This document shows, piece by piece, positions 26,065 through 34,719 of a stretch of DNA of 64,000 nt. This DNA comes from an uncultured Solirubrobacterales bacterium (lineage in GTDB: Bacteria; Actinomycetota; Thermoleophilia; Solirubrobacterales; 70-9): positions 20,893 through 84,892 of the forward strand of contig CAVPLH010000009.1 in the NCBI GenBank assembly GCA_963705955.1. The letters are read 5' to 3'. How positions within the stretch are numbered: the first letter of the stretch is position 1; each line of letters starts with the position of its first letter. The position numbers were made by a program, and so were the translations under genes. A model generated the notes under the pieces. The model did no database searches, was not told the origin of the DNA, and saw nothing but the letters and a program-made list of their open reading frames with translations.

Positions 26065-27324
26065 ATGGAAGAAACGACGCGGGCGCCGGTCGACGTGTTC
26101 GAGAAGGCGCGTACGCACGACCGAATCGAGCAGCTCGAGGCCGCGCGCGAGGGCGACCTGCTGCCCTACTTCCGGATCCTGACCTCGGAGGCGGGGCCGG
26201 TGGTCGAGATGGAGGGCCGCGAGACGATCATGCTCGGCTCCAACAACTATCTCGGCCTCACCGGCGACTCCCGGGTCAAGCAGGCAGCCCGCGACGCGCT
26301 CGAGACCTACGGCACCGGGCTCACCGGCTCGAGGCTGCTGAACGGGACGACGCCGCTTCACCTCGAGCTCGAGCGCGAGCTCGCCGAGTGGATGGAGACC
26401 GAGGACGTGATCGTTTTCACCACCGGTCACCAGGCGAACGTCGGCTGCATCGGCACGATCCTCGGTCCCGGGGACACGGTGATCTGCGACTCCGCCGATC
26501 ACGCCTCGATCCTCGACGGTTGCAAGCTCTCCGGCGCCAGGCTGCGCCCCTTCCGCCACAACCAGATGCCGAAGCTCGAGCGGATGCTCGAGCGCGCCGC
26601 CGGCGACGGTGGCGGCGTAATGGTGATCGTCGACGGTGTCTTCTCGATGGAGGGCGACCTCTGCGACCTGCCGCCGATCGTCGAGCTCTGCGAGCGCTAT
26701 GGAGCCCGGCTGATGGTCGACGAGGCGCACGCCGTCGGGGTCCTCGGCGCGCGCGGAGCCGGCACATCCGAGCTCTTCGGGCTCGAGGACCGCGTCGACC
26801 TGCGGATGGGCACGTTCTCGAAGAGCCTCGCCTCCTGTGGCGGATTCATCGCCGGCTCCGCGGAGGTGGTCGAGTTCCTGCGAATCGCCTCGCGTCCGTT
26901 CATCTTCACCGCGTCGGCCGTGCCGGCGGCGGTCGGGGCGGCGCTCGGGGCGCTCCGCGTGATCCGGTCCGAAGGCCCGGAGCTGATCGGCCGGCTGCTC
27001 GACAACGCGCGCTACCTGCGACAGGGGTTCCGCGACCTCGGCCTGCTCGTGGTCGAGCCGGGCACGCTGCCCGACGGCGGCGAGGCGACGACCCCGGTCG
27101 TCCCGGTCGTCGTCGGCGAGGACTGGCAGGCGGTGCTGCTCTGGAAGGCGCTCTTCGACGCCGGCGTCTACACGAACGTCGCGATCCACCCCGCGGTCCC
27201 GCCGGGCGGGGCGCTGCTCCGTACCTCGCTGATGGCGACCCACGAGCGTCAGCACCTCGACCGCGCCCTGGCGATCATCGAGACGACGATCGCCGACTTT
27301 CCCGAGCTGCCTCGCTCCGGGTGA
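26065..27324 (+). CDS. alpha-oxoamine synthase family PLP enzyme (AONS/KBL/serine palmitoyltransferase-like)
   Basis: 419-aa ORF. Motifs: GSNNYLGL, GSRLLNGT, HASILDG, DEAHAVGVLG, PLP-lysine motif GTFSKSLAS. Confidence 0.88.
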   Translation: MEETTRAPVDVFEKARTHDRIEQLEAAREGDLLPYFRILTSEAGPVVEMEGRETIMLGSNNYLGLTGDSRVKQAARDALETYGTGLTGSRLLNGTTPLHLELERELAEWMETEDVIVFTTGHQANVGCIGTILGPGDTVICDSADHASILDGCKLSGARLRPFRHNQMPKLERMLERAAGDGGGVMVIVDGVFSMEGDLCDLPPIVELCERYGARLMVDEAHAVGVLGARGAGTSELFGLEDRVDLRMGTFSKSLASCGGFIAGSAEVVEFLRIASRPFIFTASAVPAAVGAALGALRVIRSEGPELIGRLLDNARYLRQGFRDLGLLVVEPGTLPDGGEATTPVVPVVVGEDWQAVLLWKALFDAGVYTNVAIHPAVPPGGALLRTSLMATHERQHLDRALAIIETTIADFPELPRSG

Positions 27325-27354
27325 GCCGGGCGCGCCGCGACGCCCCCTGTTCGC

Positions 27355-27372
27355 CTCCCCCCGTGGGGGGAG
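27355..27372 (+). terminator. hairpin downstream of the alpha-oxoamine synthase gene
   Basis: CTCCCCCC-GT-GGGGGGAG followed by a T-rich stretch, ATTCGTCTTGT. Confidence 0.5.
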
Positions 27373-27463
27373 ATTCGTCTTGTCCGGTTTCGAACAAGCC
27401 GCGGCCGTACAGGAAAAGATTGCTCTTAGCGAACGAAGCGGTCGCGCTCCGTAGTTGTCCCGG

Positions 27464-27493
27464 TTGACGCGGGCGGCCGATTTTCTCTAGGTT
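27464..27493 (+). promoter_or_regulatory. candidate sigma-70-type promoter for the mIHF gene
   Basis: TTGACG (27464-69), 18-nt spacer, TAGGTT (27488-93), in a locally AT-richer stretch. Implies a 5' UTR of about 145 nt. Confidence 0.35.
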
Positions 27494-27644
27494 GGCTCTC
27501 GCGCCGTACGCACCCCGGGGCAGGGAGCGGACGGGACAGATGGAGGAGAGAGCTTGTCCCGGCTGACCCTGGAGCGGGCCCTGAGCCCGCCCGGAGCGTC
27601 GACGCCCAGATACCCCGCCAACCTCGAAACGCACTCGGAGGAGA

Positions 27645-27995
27645 GTGATGATGGAAGCTGCTTCGACCCTTGCCCCTGGACGGCCCCCGCAGCACATGCA
27701 GGCGCTCGAACACGCCAACCGCGTCCGGCTGGCGAGAGCGTCGCTGAAGCGAGCGGTCGCCTCGGGCGATGCCGATGCGGCGGAGATCGTCCGGGACTGC
27801 CCTTGGGAGGTCGAGTCCATGGCCGTCGGCGACTTGCTGCGAAGCCAGCGCCGCTGGGGCCGGACACGGGCGAGGAAGTTCCTTCTCGCCCTCGCACTCA
27901 GCGAAAATCGCCAGCTCGGTCGGCTCACCGCCCGCCAGCGAACGGTGCTCGCACACGAGCTCGAGTCGAAGTCGTTCGCGCGTAGCGCCGGCTGA
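27645..27995 (+). CDS. mihF: integration host factor, actinobacterial type (mIHF-like)
   Basis: 116-aa ORF with GGAGGAGAG RBS. The layout RVRLARASLKRAVASGD...AVGDLLRSQRRWGRTRARKFL..L.LSENRQLGRLTARQR resembles mIHF. Exact ATG (27645/27648/27651) uncertain. Confidence 0.7.
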   Translation: MMMEAASTLAPGRPPQHMQALEHANRVRLARASLKRAVASGDADAAEIVRDCPWEVESMAVGDLLRSQRRWGRTRARKFLLALALSENRQLGRLTARQRTVLAHELESKSFARSAG

Positions 27996-28025
27996 GGCTC
28001 AACCCAGAGGTCGAAACGGTCGTCG

Positions 28026-28054
28026 GGGGCGGGTGCCGAAGCGGCGCCCGCCCC
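28026..28054. terminator. GC-rich hairpin between convergent mihF and a membrane-protein operon
   Basis: GGGGCGGGTGCC-GAAG-CGGCGCCCGCCCC (12-bp stem with one G-U position). Confidence 0.45.
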
Positions 28055-28078
28055 GCCGCCGACGTCCGGGGCGGGCGG

Positions 28079-28468
28079 TCAGAAGCCGATGTTGAGCGGC
28101 ACCGGGCTCGCCCCGGCGAAGAGGAAGAACCAGATCGCGAACAGCAGCACCGCCATCCCGCCGCTCGAGACGAGGATCACCTCGAGCGCCGAGCTGCGCC
28201 CGAGCGGTCGGTTGCGGCGCTCCTGTAGCGCGAGGTGGAGGCGGTTGAGCCAGCCGAGGGCGAGGACGACGGCGACGACCGAGACCATGATCCCGAGCAT
28301 CGTCACCATCAATGCGGTTCCCAGCGAGGCCGACGCCTGGACCTGGGACCCGATCCAGAGCCAGCCGAGCGGGACGCCGACCCAGAGGACGAGGCACCCG
28401 GCGAGCATGATCAGCACCAAGGCCGCGCTGGCGGGGCCATCCATGATCTGCCGGAACCGGGCCAGCAT
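28079..28468 (-). CDS. integral membrane protein (about 4 TM), unknown function
   Basis: 129-aa ORF, strongly hydrophobic. Last gene of a three-gene unit. Confidence 0.65.
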   Translation of the reverse strand: MLARFRQIMDGPASAALVLIMLAGCLVLWVGVPLGWLWIGSQVQASASLGTALMVTMLGIMVSVVAVVLALGWLNRLHLALQERRNRPLGRSSALEVILVSSGGMAVLLFAIWFFLFAGASPVPLNIGF

Positions 28469-28479
28469 CGCCGCGGACG

Positions 28480-28980
28480 TTAGCGAAGCTTGAACGCCCG
28501 CCCGGAGCGTGCCCGAAAGGCGGTCGCGAGAGCGATCGCGGCCCCGATCGCCACCGCGGCGGCGGCGATCAGCCGCAGCGTCGGCGAGAGCAGATCGGGG
28601 AAAACGTAGAAGCCGAGCGCCAGTGTGGCGACGCCGGCCGCAGCGGCGAGCATCACCGTGTGCGAGCGATAGCCGCCGAAATGCTCACGGATCGAGAGCT
28701 CGAGCCCGGCCAGCGACCCGAGCACGAGCCCGGTGGCGAGCAACGCCGTGCCGCGCTCGCCGCCGACCACCAGCCAACCGATCAGCATCGCGATCGCGAT
28801 CAGGACGACGATCTCGACCAGCGGGAATGAGCCCCACGGAGCAGGCGGTCGCTCCTCCTCGATCGGTCGCCGCGGCCGTGGCGCGGGCTTCGGCACGACC
28901 TCCGACGCGGGCGCCGCCGGGCGCTGGTCGGGAGCCTGCGCGGGCCGGCGCGGCCGGCGCTTGCGGCGTCTTTTCGCCAT
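28480..28980 (-). CDS. membrane protein with basic Pro-rich N-terminus and 4 TM segments
   Basis: In-frame ATG at 28980 (MAKRRRKRRPRRP...) overlaps the upstream stop as TGATG. Hydrophobic C-terminal two-thirds. Confidence 0.6.
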   Translation of the reverse strand: MAKRRRKRRPRRPAQAPDQRPAAPASEVVPKPAPRPRRPIEEERPPAPWGSFPLVEIVVLIAIAMLIGWLVVGGERGTALLATGLVLGSLAGLELSIREHFGGYRSHTVMLAAAAGVATLALGFYVFPDLLSPTLRLIAAAAVAIGAAIALATAFRARSGRAFKLR

Positions 28981-29498
28981 CAGATCGCCGGGGGCCGAAG
29001 CCCCGTGGCTAACGGACAACCCGAGGAGAGCTTTACCCGCCACCAGCCGAACAGGATGCCGAGGATCCCGAGTCGCGGGCGCGATTCCCAGCGCCCGCAG
29101 CCCGGCTCGCCGATCTCGGTCTGCGAGATCACCAACCCGCGATGGCGCTCCGGCGCGGCGATCATCGATTCGAGCAGGGCACGGTTTGTGGCCTCGAGCT
29201 CGGCTCGGCGCGCGAGCTCGGCCCGGGCGTCGCGGAGGCGGAGCGAGAGGGAGTCGCGGACCCGCTCGAGGTCACCGAGCGAGAGCACGCGTGGGCCCCC
29301 GGGCGCGCCGATCCCCCATTCGACCCCGGGCCGCGGGAAGGCCGACGCGAAGAGCTCGCCGAGCTCTCGTTCGAGCCGCGCGATCTGCCGCCTCAGATCA
29401 CCGCGGGCACGGCGCTCGGCGCTCGTCGTCGCCGGCTCACCGAGCGCGGTCCCGGCTTGCGGCGCAGCGACGTTGGCCTGCTCGAGCGCGTTTAGCAC
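28980..29498 (-). CDS. hypothetical protein, coiled-coil segment plus Trp-rich amphipathic C-terminus
   Basis: 172-aa ORF with GC3-rich codons. Translationally coupled to the downstream gene. No recognised family. Confidence 0.5.
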   Translation of the reverse strand: MLNALEQANVAAPQAGTALGEPATTSAERRARGDLRRQIARLERELGELFASAFPRPGVEWGIGAPGGPRVLSLGDLERVRDSLSLRLRDARAELARRAELEATNRALLESMIAAPERHRGLVISQTEIGEPGCGRWESRPRLGILGILFGWWRVKLSSGCPLATGLRPPAI

Positions 29499-29570
29499 TG
29501 AGCTCCTTCCTACCCGTTGCCTACGGAGCGAAGTCTAATCGCAGCGCTGCTCACAATCCACCGCCGGGGG

Positions 29571-30233
29571 TCAGCTTTCGAGCACGCTCACGGTGAGCCA
29601 TAGCGCCTCCTCTACGGCGATCGCGGGCACGCCCCCGACGCCGATCGCGACGAGCATCGTTCGCGAGGTCCGCCGGTCGACCCCCCGGCCCGCGGCAAGC
29701 GCTCCGAACAGCAGCGCCACCGGGCGCTCGGTGTCGGCGATCGCCAGCGTCCCGGCGGGCAGCTCCCCGGGCCGGCCCTCGAGCGTCTCGCCGCTCGTCG
29801 TCGGCCTGACCTGGGGCGGGCCTTCGAGCCGGTCGGCGTCGAAGGCGCGCACGGCGACCCCGGACTCGACGATCGCAATCGTCAGCGCGTCGTCGAGCAG
29901 GCTCTCGCTCCTGAAGCCACCGTGCTTGATCCGTTCGAAGACGCGCTCCTCGACCGGGGTCCGCTGGACATCCGGGTCGAGGCCGATGTGGCGGAAGAAG
30001 ACCCGGTAGGCCCAGGGGATCGGCTGGTGGCGGAGGTTGATCGCCTGGGGGCCCGAGAACCGGTCGGAGAGCGCTCGCAGCCGCTCCTTGACCTCCCGGC
30101 CCGAGCGTCCGGAGCCGCGTCCGACGATCGCGTAACGCAGCGACAGCCCGGGGAATTCCTCGGTCAGCTCGGCGGCGACCCGGCCCGTGGACGGCGCCCC
30201 CTCGGCGCCCGCCGCCCCTCCGTCGGCGGTCAC
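29571..30233 (-). CDS. B3/B4 tRNA-binding-domain-like protein (PheT B3_4 domain family)
   Basis: GTG at 30233 overlaps the upstream stop (GTGA). ...LSLRYAIVGRGSGRSGREVKERLRALSDRF...INLRHQPIPWAYRVFFRHIGLDPD...LLDDALTIAIVESGVAV..FDADRL... matches the B3_4 fold pattern. The tracked 369-aa ORF upstream of this GTG is Arg/Pro-rich shadow. Confidence 0.65.
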   Translation of the reverse strand: MTADGGAAGAEGAPSTGRVAAELTEEFPGLSLRYAIVGRGSGRSGREVKERLRALSDRFSGPQAINLRHQPIPWAYRVFFRHIGLDPDVQRTPVEERVFERIKHGGFRSESLLDDALTIAIVESGVAVRAFDADRLEGPPQVRPTTSGETLEGRPGELPAGTLAIADTERPVALLFGALAAGRGVDRRTSRTMLVAIGVGGVPAIAVEEALWLTVSVLES

Positions 30234-30940
30234 CGCTCGACCTCCGCCCTGCGGCGCGACTCGCGCAACAGCCGCTCGGTATCGGCAATCAGCTGCGCCT
30301 CGGAGAGCTCGTCGCTGCCGATCTTCGCCCCACTGAGGATCCCGCCGGGATAGGCGAACGCGACCGTCGGGCAGACACCGACTCGGTAGAGGTTCGAGAC
30401 CGCCCCATCGGCGTCGTATCCGACCGGGATCGTCCAGCCGCGCTGCTCGACTATCCGCCGCGCCTCGTCGCGGTCGTCTCGGACGTCGATCGAGAGGAAG
30501 TTGACCCGGCCCTGAAACCGCTTCGCGACCCGATCGACCACGTCCTGGGTCGGGAGGCAGTCGGCGCCCCCGGTGAACCAGAACGAGATCACCAGCGGGC
30601 GGTCGAAGAGGTCGCAGACCCTGATGATCTGGGGGAGATCGACGTCGCAGGCGGGGGTACGGCGATCCTCGGGCGGGCACGGGTTCGCGGAGGTCTCGCA
30701 GTCGTCCTGAAAGACGTTCGCGTCGCCCTCGGTGGAGCCGCGCAGCTTCGGTACCGCGAACTCCGCCAGCGGCGTGCCGCGATCGGCGGTGTCGGTTCCG
30801 AGGATGCCCGCGTCGCGGTTGCGGATCGTGTTGATCGTCGCGATCACGATCACGACCAGGAAGGCGATCCCGACGAAGGTCGAATAGCGGCTCGAGGTCG
30901 AGCGCCGCTGCCTCGGGGCCGAGTCGCCATCCTCGCTCAT
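30230..30940 (-). CDS. membrane-anchored thioredoxin-fold (TlpA/redoxin-like) protein lacking the canonical CxxC
   Basis: ATG at 30940 overlaps the MMPL stop (ATGA). One TM segment (FVGIAFLVVIVIATI). Redoxin-like core PLVISFWFTGGADCLPTQDVV...VNFLSIDV...GWTIPVGYD...YRVGVCPTVAF. Confidence 0.7.
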   Translation of the reverse strand: MSEDGDSAPRQRRSTSSRYSTFVGIAFLVVIVIATINTIRNRDAGILGTDTADRGTPLAEFAVPKLRGSTEGDANVFQDDCETSANPCPPEDRRTPACDVDLPQIIRVCDLFDRPLVISFWFTGGADCLPTQDVVDRVAKRFQGRVNFLSIDVRDDRDEARRIVEQRGWTIPVGYDADGAVSNLYRVGVCPTVAFAYPGGILSGAKIGSDELSEAQLIADTERLLRESRRRAEVER

Positions 30941-33603
30941 CCGTGGTCGGGGGCCGCGCGAGGCCGGTGGCGGCGGCGACGCAGGGCGCCGAGGGGGGCG
31001 AAGCCGGCCTCCGCCCAGACCAGGGCCGCGGGGAGGACGATCAGGACCCCGAGCAGGGCGACGCTGAGGTCGAGCACCGTGACGATGCCGAAGTCGCGCA
31101 GCATCCGGATGTCGGTCGCGATCAGCGCCGCGAACCCGGCGATCGCCGTGATCCCCGATGCGAGCACCGCCATCCCGGTGCGCGAGTACGCCCGCCGCAG
31201 GGCCTCGCCGACCGGCACGCCCGGACCGCGCTCCTCCTCGTAGCGGGCCGAGAGCAGGACGCTGAACTCGGTCGCGATCGCGATCACGAGCGCCCCGAGG
31301 GTCGCGGACATCGGGTTCAGCGGCACCCCGGCGATCGCGAGGCCGAGCGCCGACCAACCGGTCGCGAGCGCGATCGGGATCAACGGCACGAGGGCGCGGC
31401 GGATCGAGCGGTAGACCGCGAGCAGCACCAGCGCCACCGCGGCGAGTCCGACGACCGTGAGCAGGTAGCGGTTGCCGGAGAGCGCCGAGTTCGCGTCGGC
31501 GGCCAGCACCGGGAGCCCGACGACGTCGGCGGTGACGCCTGACGGCGGGTCGTTCCCGGTCCCCGGTGGGTCGATCTCGGAGCGGATCGCGTCGATCAGC
31601 TGCTCCTGCTGGTCGAACGGCATCACCTTGATCCCGAACGCGATCACCGCGGTGTCGCGCTGCTGGTCGAGCACCGCCTGGGAGAAGTACGGCGGCAGCA
31701 GGTCGAGGACCCGTTTCGCGCGTGCCCGGCTCGGCAGCGCGGGGGCGTCGCTTTCGAACAGGTCCGGGAGCGCGATCGAGGGACAGAGCTTCGTCTGCTG
31801 CTCGAGGCACGAGGTCGGGGCCCCGGTGAACCCCGCCCGCTCGAGCACCCGTGCCTTGTAGTCGCGCATCCACCCGATCACCGCGGGATCGGTGAAATCA
31901 GGGGCGTGGACCGTGACGTCGACCTCGCCCGAGACCCCGGTCGCGTTCTCGAGCTCGTCGACGTTCTGGAGCTCGGGGAGATTGGCGGGCACGAGCTCGC
32001 GGATATCGGAGATCACCTCGGTGCGCGTCCCCACCGCCCAGCCGCCGATCGCAAGCGCGAGCGCGACGAGCAGCACCAGCCCCGGCGCAGCGATCGCGGC
32101 GGCGAGGGTGCGACGCCCGATCGCCCGGATCCGTTCCGCGCTGCGGCGGCGGGCCTCGCCGGCGGCGGCGAGTGCGGCGGTGCCACCGAGCCGACCCCGG
32201 AGCCGGCGCGCTCGTCCTCCGATCCTCGACTCCGTCGTCCGCGGGGTGAGCGAGAGAAGTGCCAGCCCGGCGCTCAGCGCGACGACGAATGCGATCGCGA
32301 TCCCGGCGACGAGCAAAAGGCCGAAGCCGCGCACCATCGGGATCGGCGACAAGAGCAGGACGAGGAAGCCGACCCCGGTGGCAAGCACCGCGGTGCCGAT
32401 CACAGGCCCACCCCGCGCGGCGGCCTCGACTGCGGCCCGGGCGGGCGAGGATCCGCCGGCCCTCGCCTCGCCGAATCGCGCCTGGAACTGGATCGCGTAG
32501 TCGACCGCGAGCCCGACCAGGATCGGCAGCACGGCCAGCGAGGCCATCGTCAAGGAACCCCCGAAGGCGGCGAGCAAGCCGAAGCTGACCGCCGCGGCGA
32601 CCAGCGCGATCGCCAGCGGCAGGAGGCGGATCGGCGGCCCGAAGATCAGCGCCAGGGTGATCGTCATGACCACCAGCGCGGCGGCCAGAAGGACGAAGAT
32701 CTCGCTCGACAGCTTGTCCGCGAGCCCCTCGACGACGACCGGTACGCCGCTGACGACGTAGTCCGCGTCGCGGATCGCAAACGCCGGGTCGGCGACCGCG
32801 TCGCGGATCAGCCCGATCGCCTCGCGCCGCTCCGACGCGCTCAGCTCGGGCCGCAGCCGGATCGAGATCAGCGCCGAGTCGCTGCTCGGGAACAGATACG
32901 AGAAGCGTGGCTTCGGCTGGCCCGGCCGGCGGCTGTCGAAGACCACCGAGCTGACGAAGGTCGGATCGTCGATCCGCGGCAGCCCCGTCTGGCCGTAGCG
33001 GAGCGCGATCTGCAGCAGCTGGTTGCGAAAGGCGGTGATCACCTCGCCCGCCGCCGCGCCTGCCGCCGCCCGCTGCTCCGGCTTCGAGAGGCCCTGGCGC
33101 CGGGCTGCCAGCGCGGCGCGGGCGCCCGCCTCGCGCGCCTGCGCGACCGCCGCCTGCGATTGCTCGCCGAGCAGCTTGTCCGCTTGGGTCGCGAACTGGT
33201 TCAGGAAGGTCGCCGGGCCGTAGACGACCTTCGCCGGCTTCAGCTCGGCGAGCCGGGCGCAGGGAGCGGGCGCCGGCTGGTTCGTGATCACCTTGCCGCC
33301 CGGGGCGTTGCCGGCCAGGCAGCCCTCGAGCGAGAGCAACTTGGTCAGGTCCGAGGTGAGGACGAGCTGGCGAAGGTCGCCCTTGACGAGGACGACGACG
33401 GCGTCGTCGCCGAACTTCTGCTTGAAGTCCTGGGTCGCAACGTAAGCCTTCGAGTCGTTGTCGACCAGCTGGTCGGTGCCGGCGTCGGCCTCCAGCCCCA
33501 CCGCTCCGACGAGTCCGACCAGCGCCGCGAGGGCGGTCGCCGCCAAGACCGGCGCCGGGCGCTCGACGCACCATGCCGCAACGCGTGCGAGGAGGTTGCG
33601 CAT
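30937..33603 (-). CDS. MMPL/RND-superfamily transporter
   Basis: 888-aa ORF. Two blocks of 5-6 TM helices, each preceded by a large extracytoplasmic loop. Contains VGLAVDYAIQF and ATEFSVLL motifs. Confidence 0.9.
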   Translation of the reverse strand: MRNLLARVAAWCVERPAPVLAATALAALVGLVGAVGLEADAGTDQLVDNDSKAYVATQDFKQKFGDDAVVVLVKGDLRQLVLTSDLTKLLSLEGCLAGNAPGGKVITNQPAPAPCARLAELKPAKVVYGPATFLNQFATQADKLLGEQSQAAVAQAREAGARAALAARRQGLSKPEQRAAAGAAAGEVITAFRNQLLQIALRYGQTGLPRIDDPTFVSSVVFDSRRPGQPKPRFSYLFPSSDSALISIRLRPELSASERREAIGLIRDAVADPAFAIRDADYVVSGVPVVVEGLADKLSSEIFVLLAAALVVMTITLALIFGPPIRLLPLAIALVAAAVSFGLLAAFGGSLTMASLAVLPILVGLAVDYAIQFQARFGEARAGGSSPARAAVEAAARGGPVIGTAVLATGVGFLVLLLSPIPMVRGFGLLLVAGIAIAFVVALSAGLALLSLTPRTTESRIGGRARRLRGRLGGTAALAAAGEARRRSAERIRAIGRRTLAAAIAAPGLVLLVALALAIGGWAVGTRTEVISDIRELVPANLPELQNVDELENATGVSGEVDVTVHAPDFTDPAVIGWMRDYKARVLERAGFTGAPTSCLEQQTKLCPSIALPDLFESDAPALPSRARAKRVLDLLPPYFSQAVLDQQRDTAVIAFGIKVMPFDQQEQLIDAIRSEIDPPGTGNDPPSGVTADVVGLPVLAADANSALSGNRYLLTVVGLAAVALVLLAVYRSIRRALVPLIPIALATGWSALGLAIAGVPLNPMSATLGALVIAIATEFSVLLSARYEEERGPGVPVGEALRRAYSRTGMAVLASGITAIAGFAALIATDIRMLRDFGIVTVLDLSVALLGVLIVLPAALVWAEAGFAPLGALRRRRHRPRAAPDHG

Positions 33604-33692
33604 GGGCTCAGATTAGGGGCGCAGATGAAGCGGGGAGCAGGGAGGGCGGGACGTGGGCGCCGGGGAGCGCCCCGTCCGCTGCGCCACGCCCC

Positions 33693-34706
33693 CTAGTCCA
33701 TCGCCAGCGGGCCGTGGGTCTCCGCGTTGAGGAACTGCGAGACGAACTCGTTGTCGGAGTGAAAGAGCTCCTCTGAGGGGCCGGACTCGACGATCTTGCC
33801 CTTCCAGAGCACGGCGATGAAGTCGGCGATCCGCCGCGCCGTGCCGAGGTCGTGGCTGATCACCAGATAGCAGCCGCCGTTCTCCTCGTGGACCTCGCGA
33901 ATCAGCTCGCAGAGGAGCGCGGTGCGCACCGGGTCGAGACCCGAGTCGGGCTCGTCGAACATCACGATCGCCGGGTCGAGGACGAGCGCCCGAGCGAAGC
34001 CGGCGCGCTTGCGCATCCCGCCGGAGAGCTCGTTCGGCATCTTGTCCATCGCCTCGGCGAGACCCACCTCGCGGAGGCGGCGGTTGCAGATCTCGCCGAT
34101 CTCGTCCTCACCCTTGTCGGTGTGCTGGCGGAGCGGGAACGCGGTGTTGTCGAACACGTTCATCGACCCGAACAGGGCCCCGTCCTGGAACAGCAGGCCG
34201 AACTTCTTGCGCATCTCGAACAGCTCGTCGTCGGTCATCGCGGGAACCGACTCCCCGTGCACGAGAACGTCGCCCGAGTCCGGATAGAGGAGGCCGACGA
34301 TGTGCTTGATGAGCACGCTCTTCCCGGTCCCGGACGGTCCGAGGACCATCGAGATCTGGTCATCGGGAAGGCCGAGGTTGAGGCCGTTGAGGATCCGGGT
34401 GCGGCCGAACTGCTTGACGACGTCGATGATCTCGATCGCGTCGGTGCCGCCGTGGTCGCGCTTCTTGCCCGTGTGCCACCGATACGGGTTGGGCTCCTTC
34501 GGATCGACCCCGGGAATCGAGTAGTCGCGGTGCAGGCTGCCGAGCTCCGGCGCGGGCTCCTCATAGGTACCGGCATCCTCGTCGCCGACCGAGTCCGCGA
34601 ACCGCTCCTGCTCGGTTGCAAGCTGGGCGTCCTCGGGCTGCTCCTCGGCCACCGCCTCGTCGGTACCGGGCTCCTGGGTGCGCTCTCGATCCTCGTCCGC
34701 CATCAC
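33693..34706 (-). CDS. ABC transporter ATP-binding protein, MlaF/Mkl type, with ~95-aa acidic N-terminal extension
   Basis: Walker A GPSGTGKSV, signature LSGGMRKRA, Walker B VMFDEPDSGLD. N-terminus MMADEDRERTQEPGTDEAVAEEQPEDAQ... Confidence 0.88.
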   Translation of the reverse strand: MMADEDRERTQEPGTDEAVAEEQPEDAQLATEQERFADSVGDEDAGTYEEPAPELGSLHRDYSIPGVDPKEPNPYRWHTGKKRDHGGTDAIEIIDVVKQFGRTRILNGLNLGLPDDQISMVLGPSGTGKSVLIKHIVGLLYPDSGDVLVHGESVPAMTDDELFEMRKKFGLLFQDGALFGSMNVFDNTAFPLRQHTDKGEDEIGEICNRRLREVGLAEAMDKMPNELSGGMRKRAGFARALVLDPAIVMFDEPDSGLDPVRTALLCELIREVHEENGGCYLVISHDLGTARRIADFIAVLWKGKIVESGPSEELFHSDNEFVSQFLNAETHGPLAMD

Positions 34707-34719
34707 GTCCTTCCTTCGC

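Noticed and set aside
33646-33679. GC-rich hairpin in the 89-nt gap between the Mkl ATPase and the MMPL gene, considered as an intrinsic terminator
   Set aside because: A stem of ~13 bp with two bulges and no U-tract on the transcribed (minus) strand. I cannot support it as a terminator, so it is mentioned only as a caveat to the operon call.
31898-33696. 558-aa minus and 596-aa plus ORFs overlapping the MMPL gene
   Set aside because: These are alternative frames of the MMPL coding region. They are extremely Arg/Gly/Pro-rich, and the MMPL frame alone shows TM periodicity and conserved motifs.
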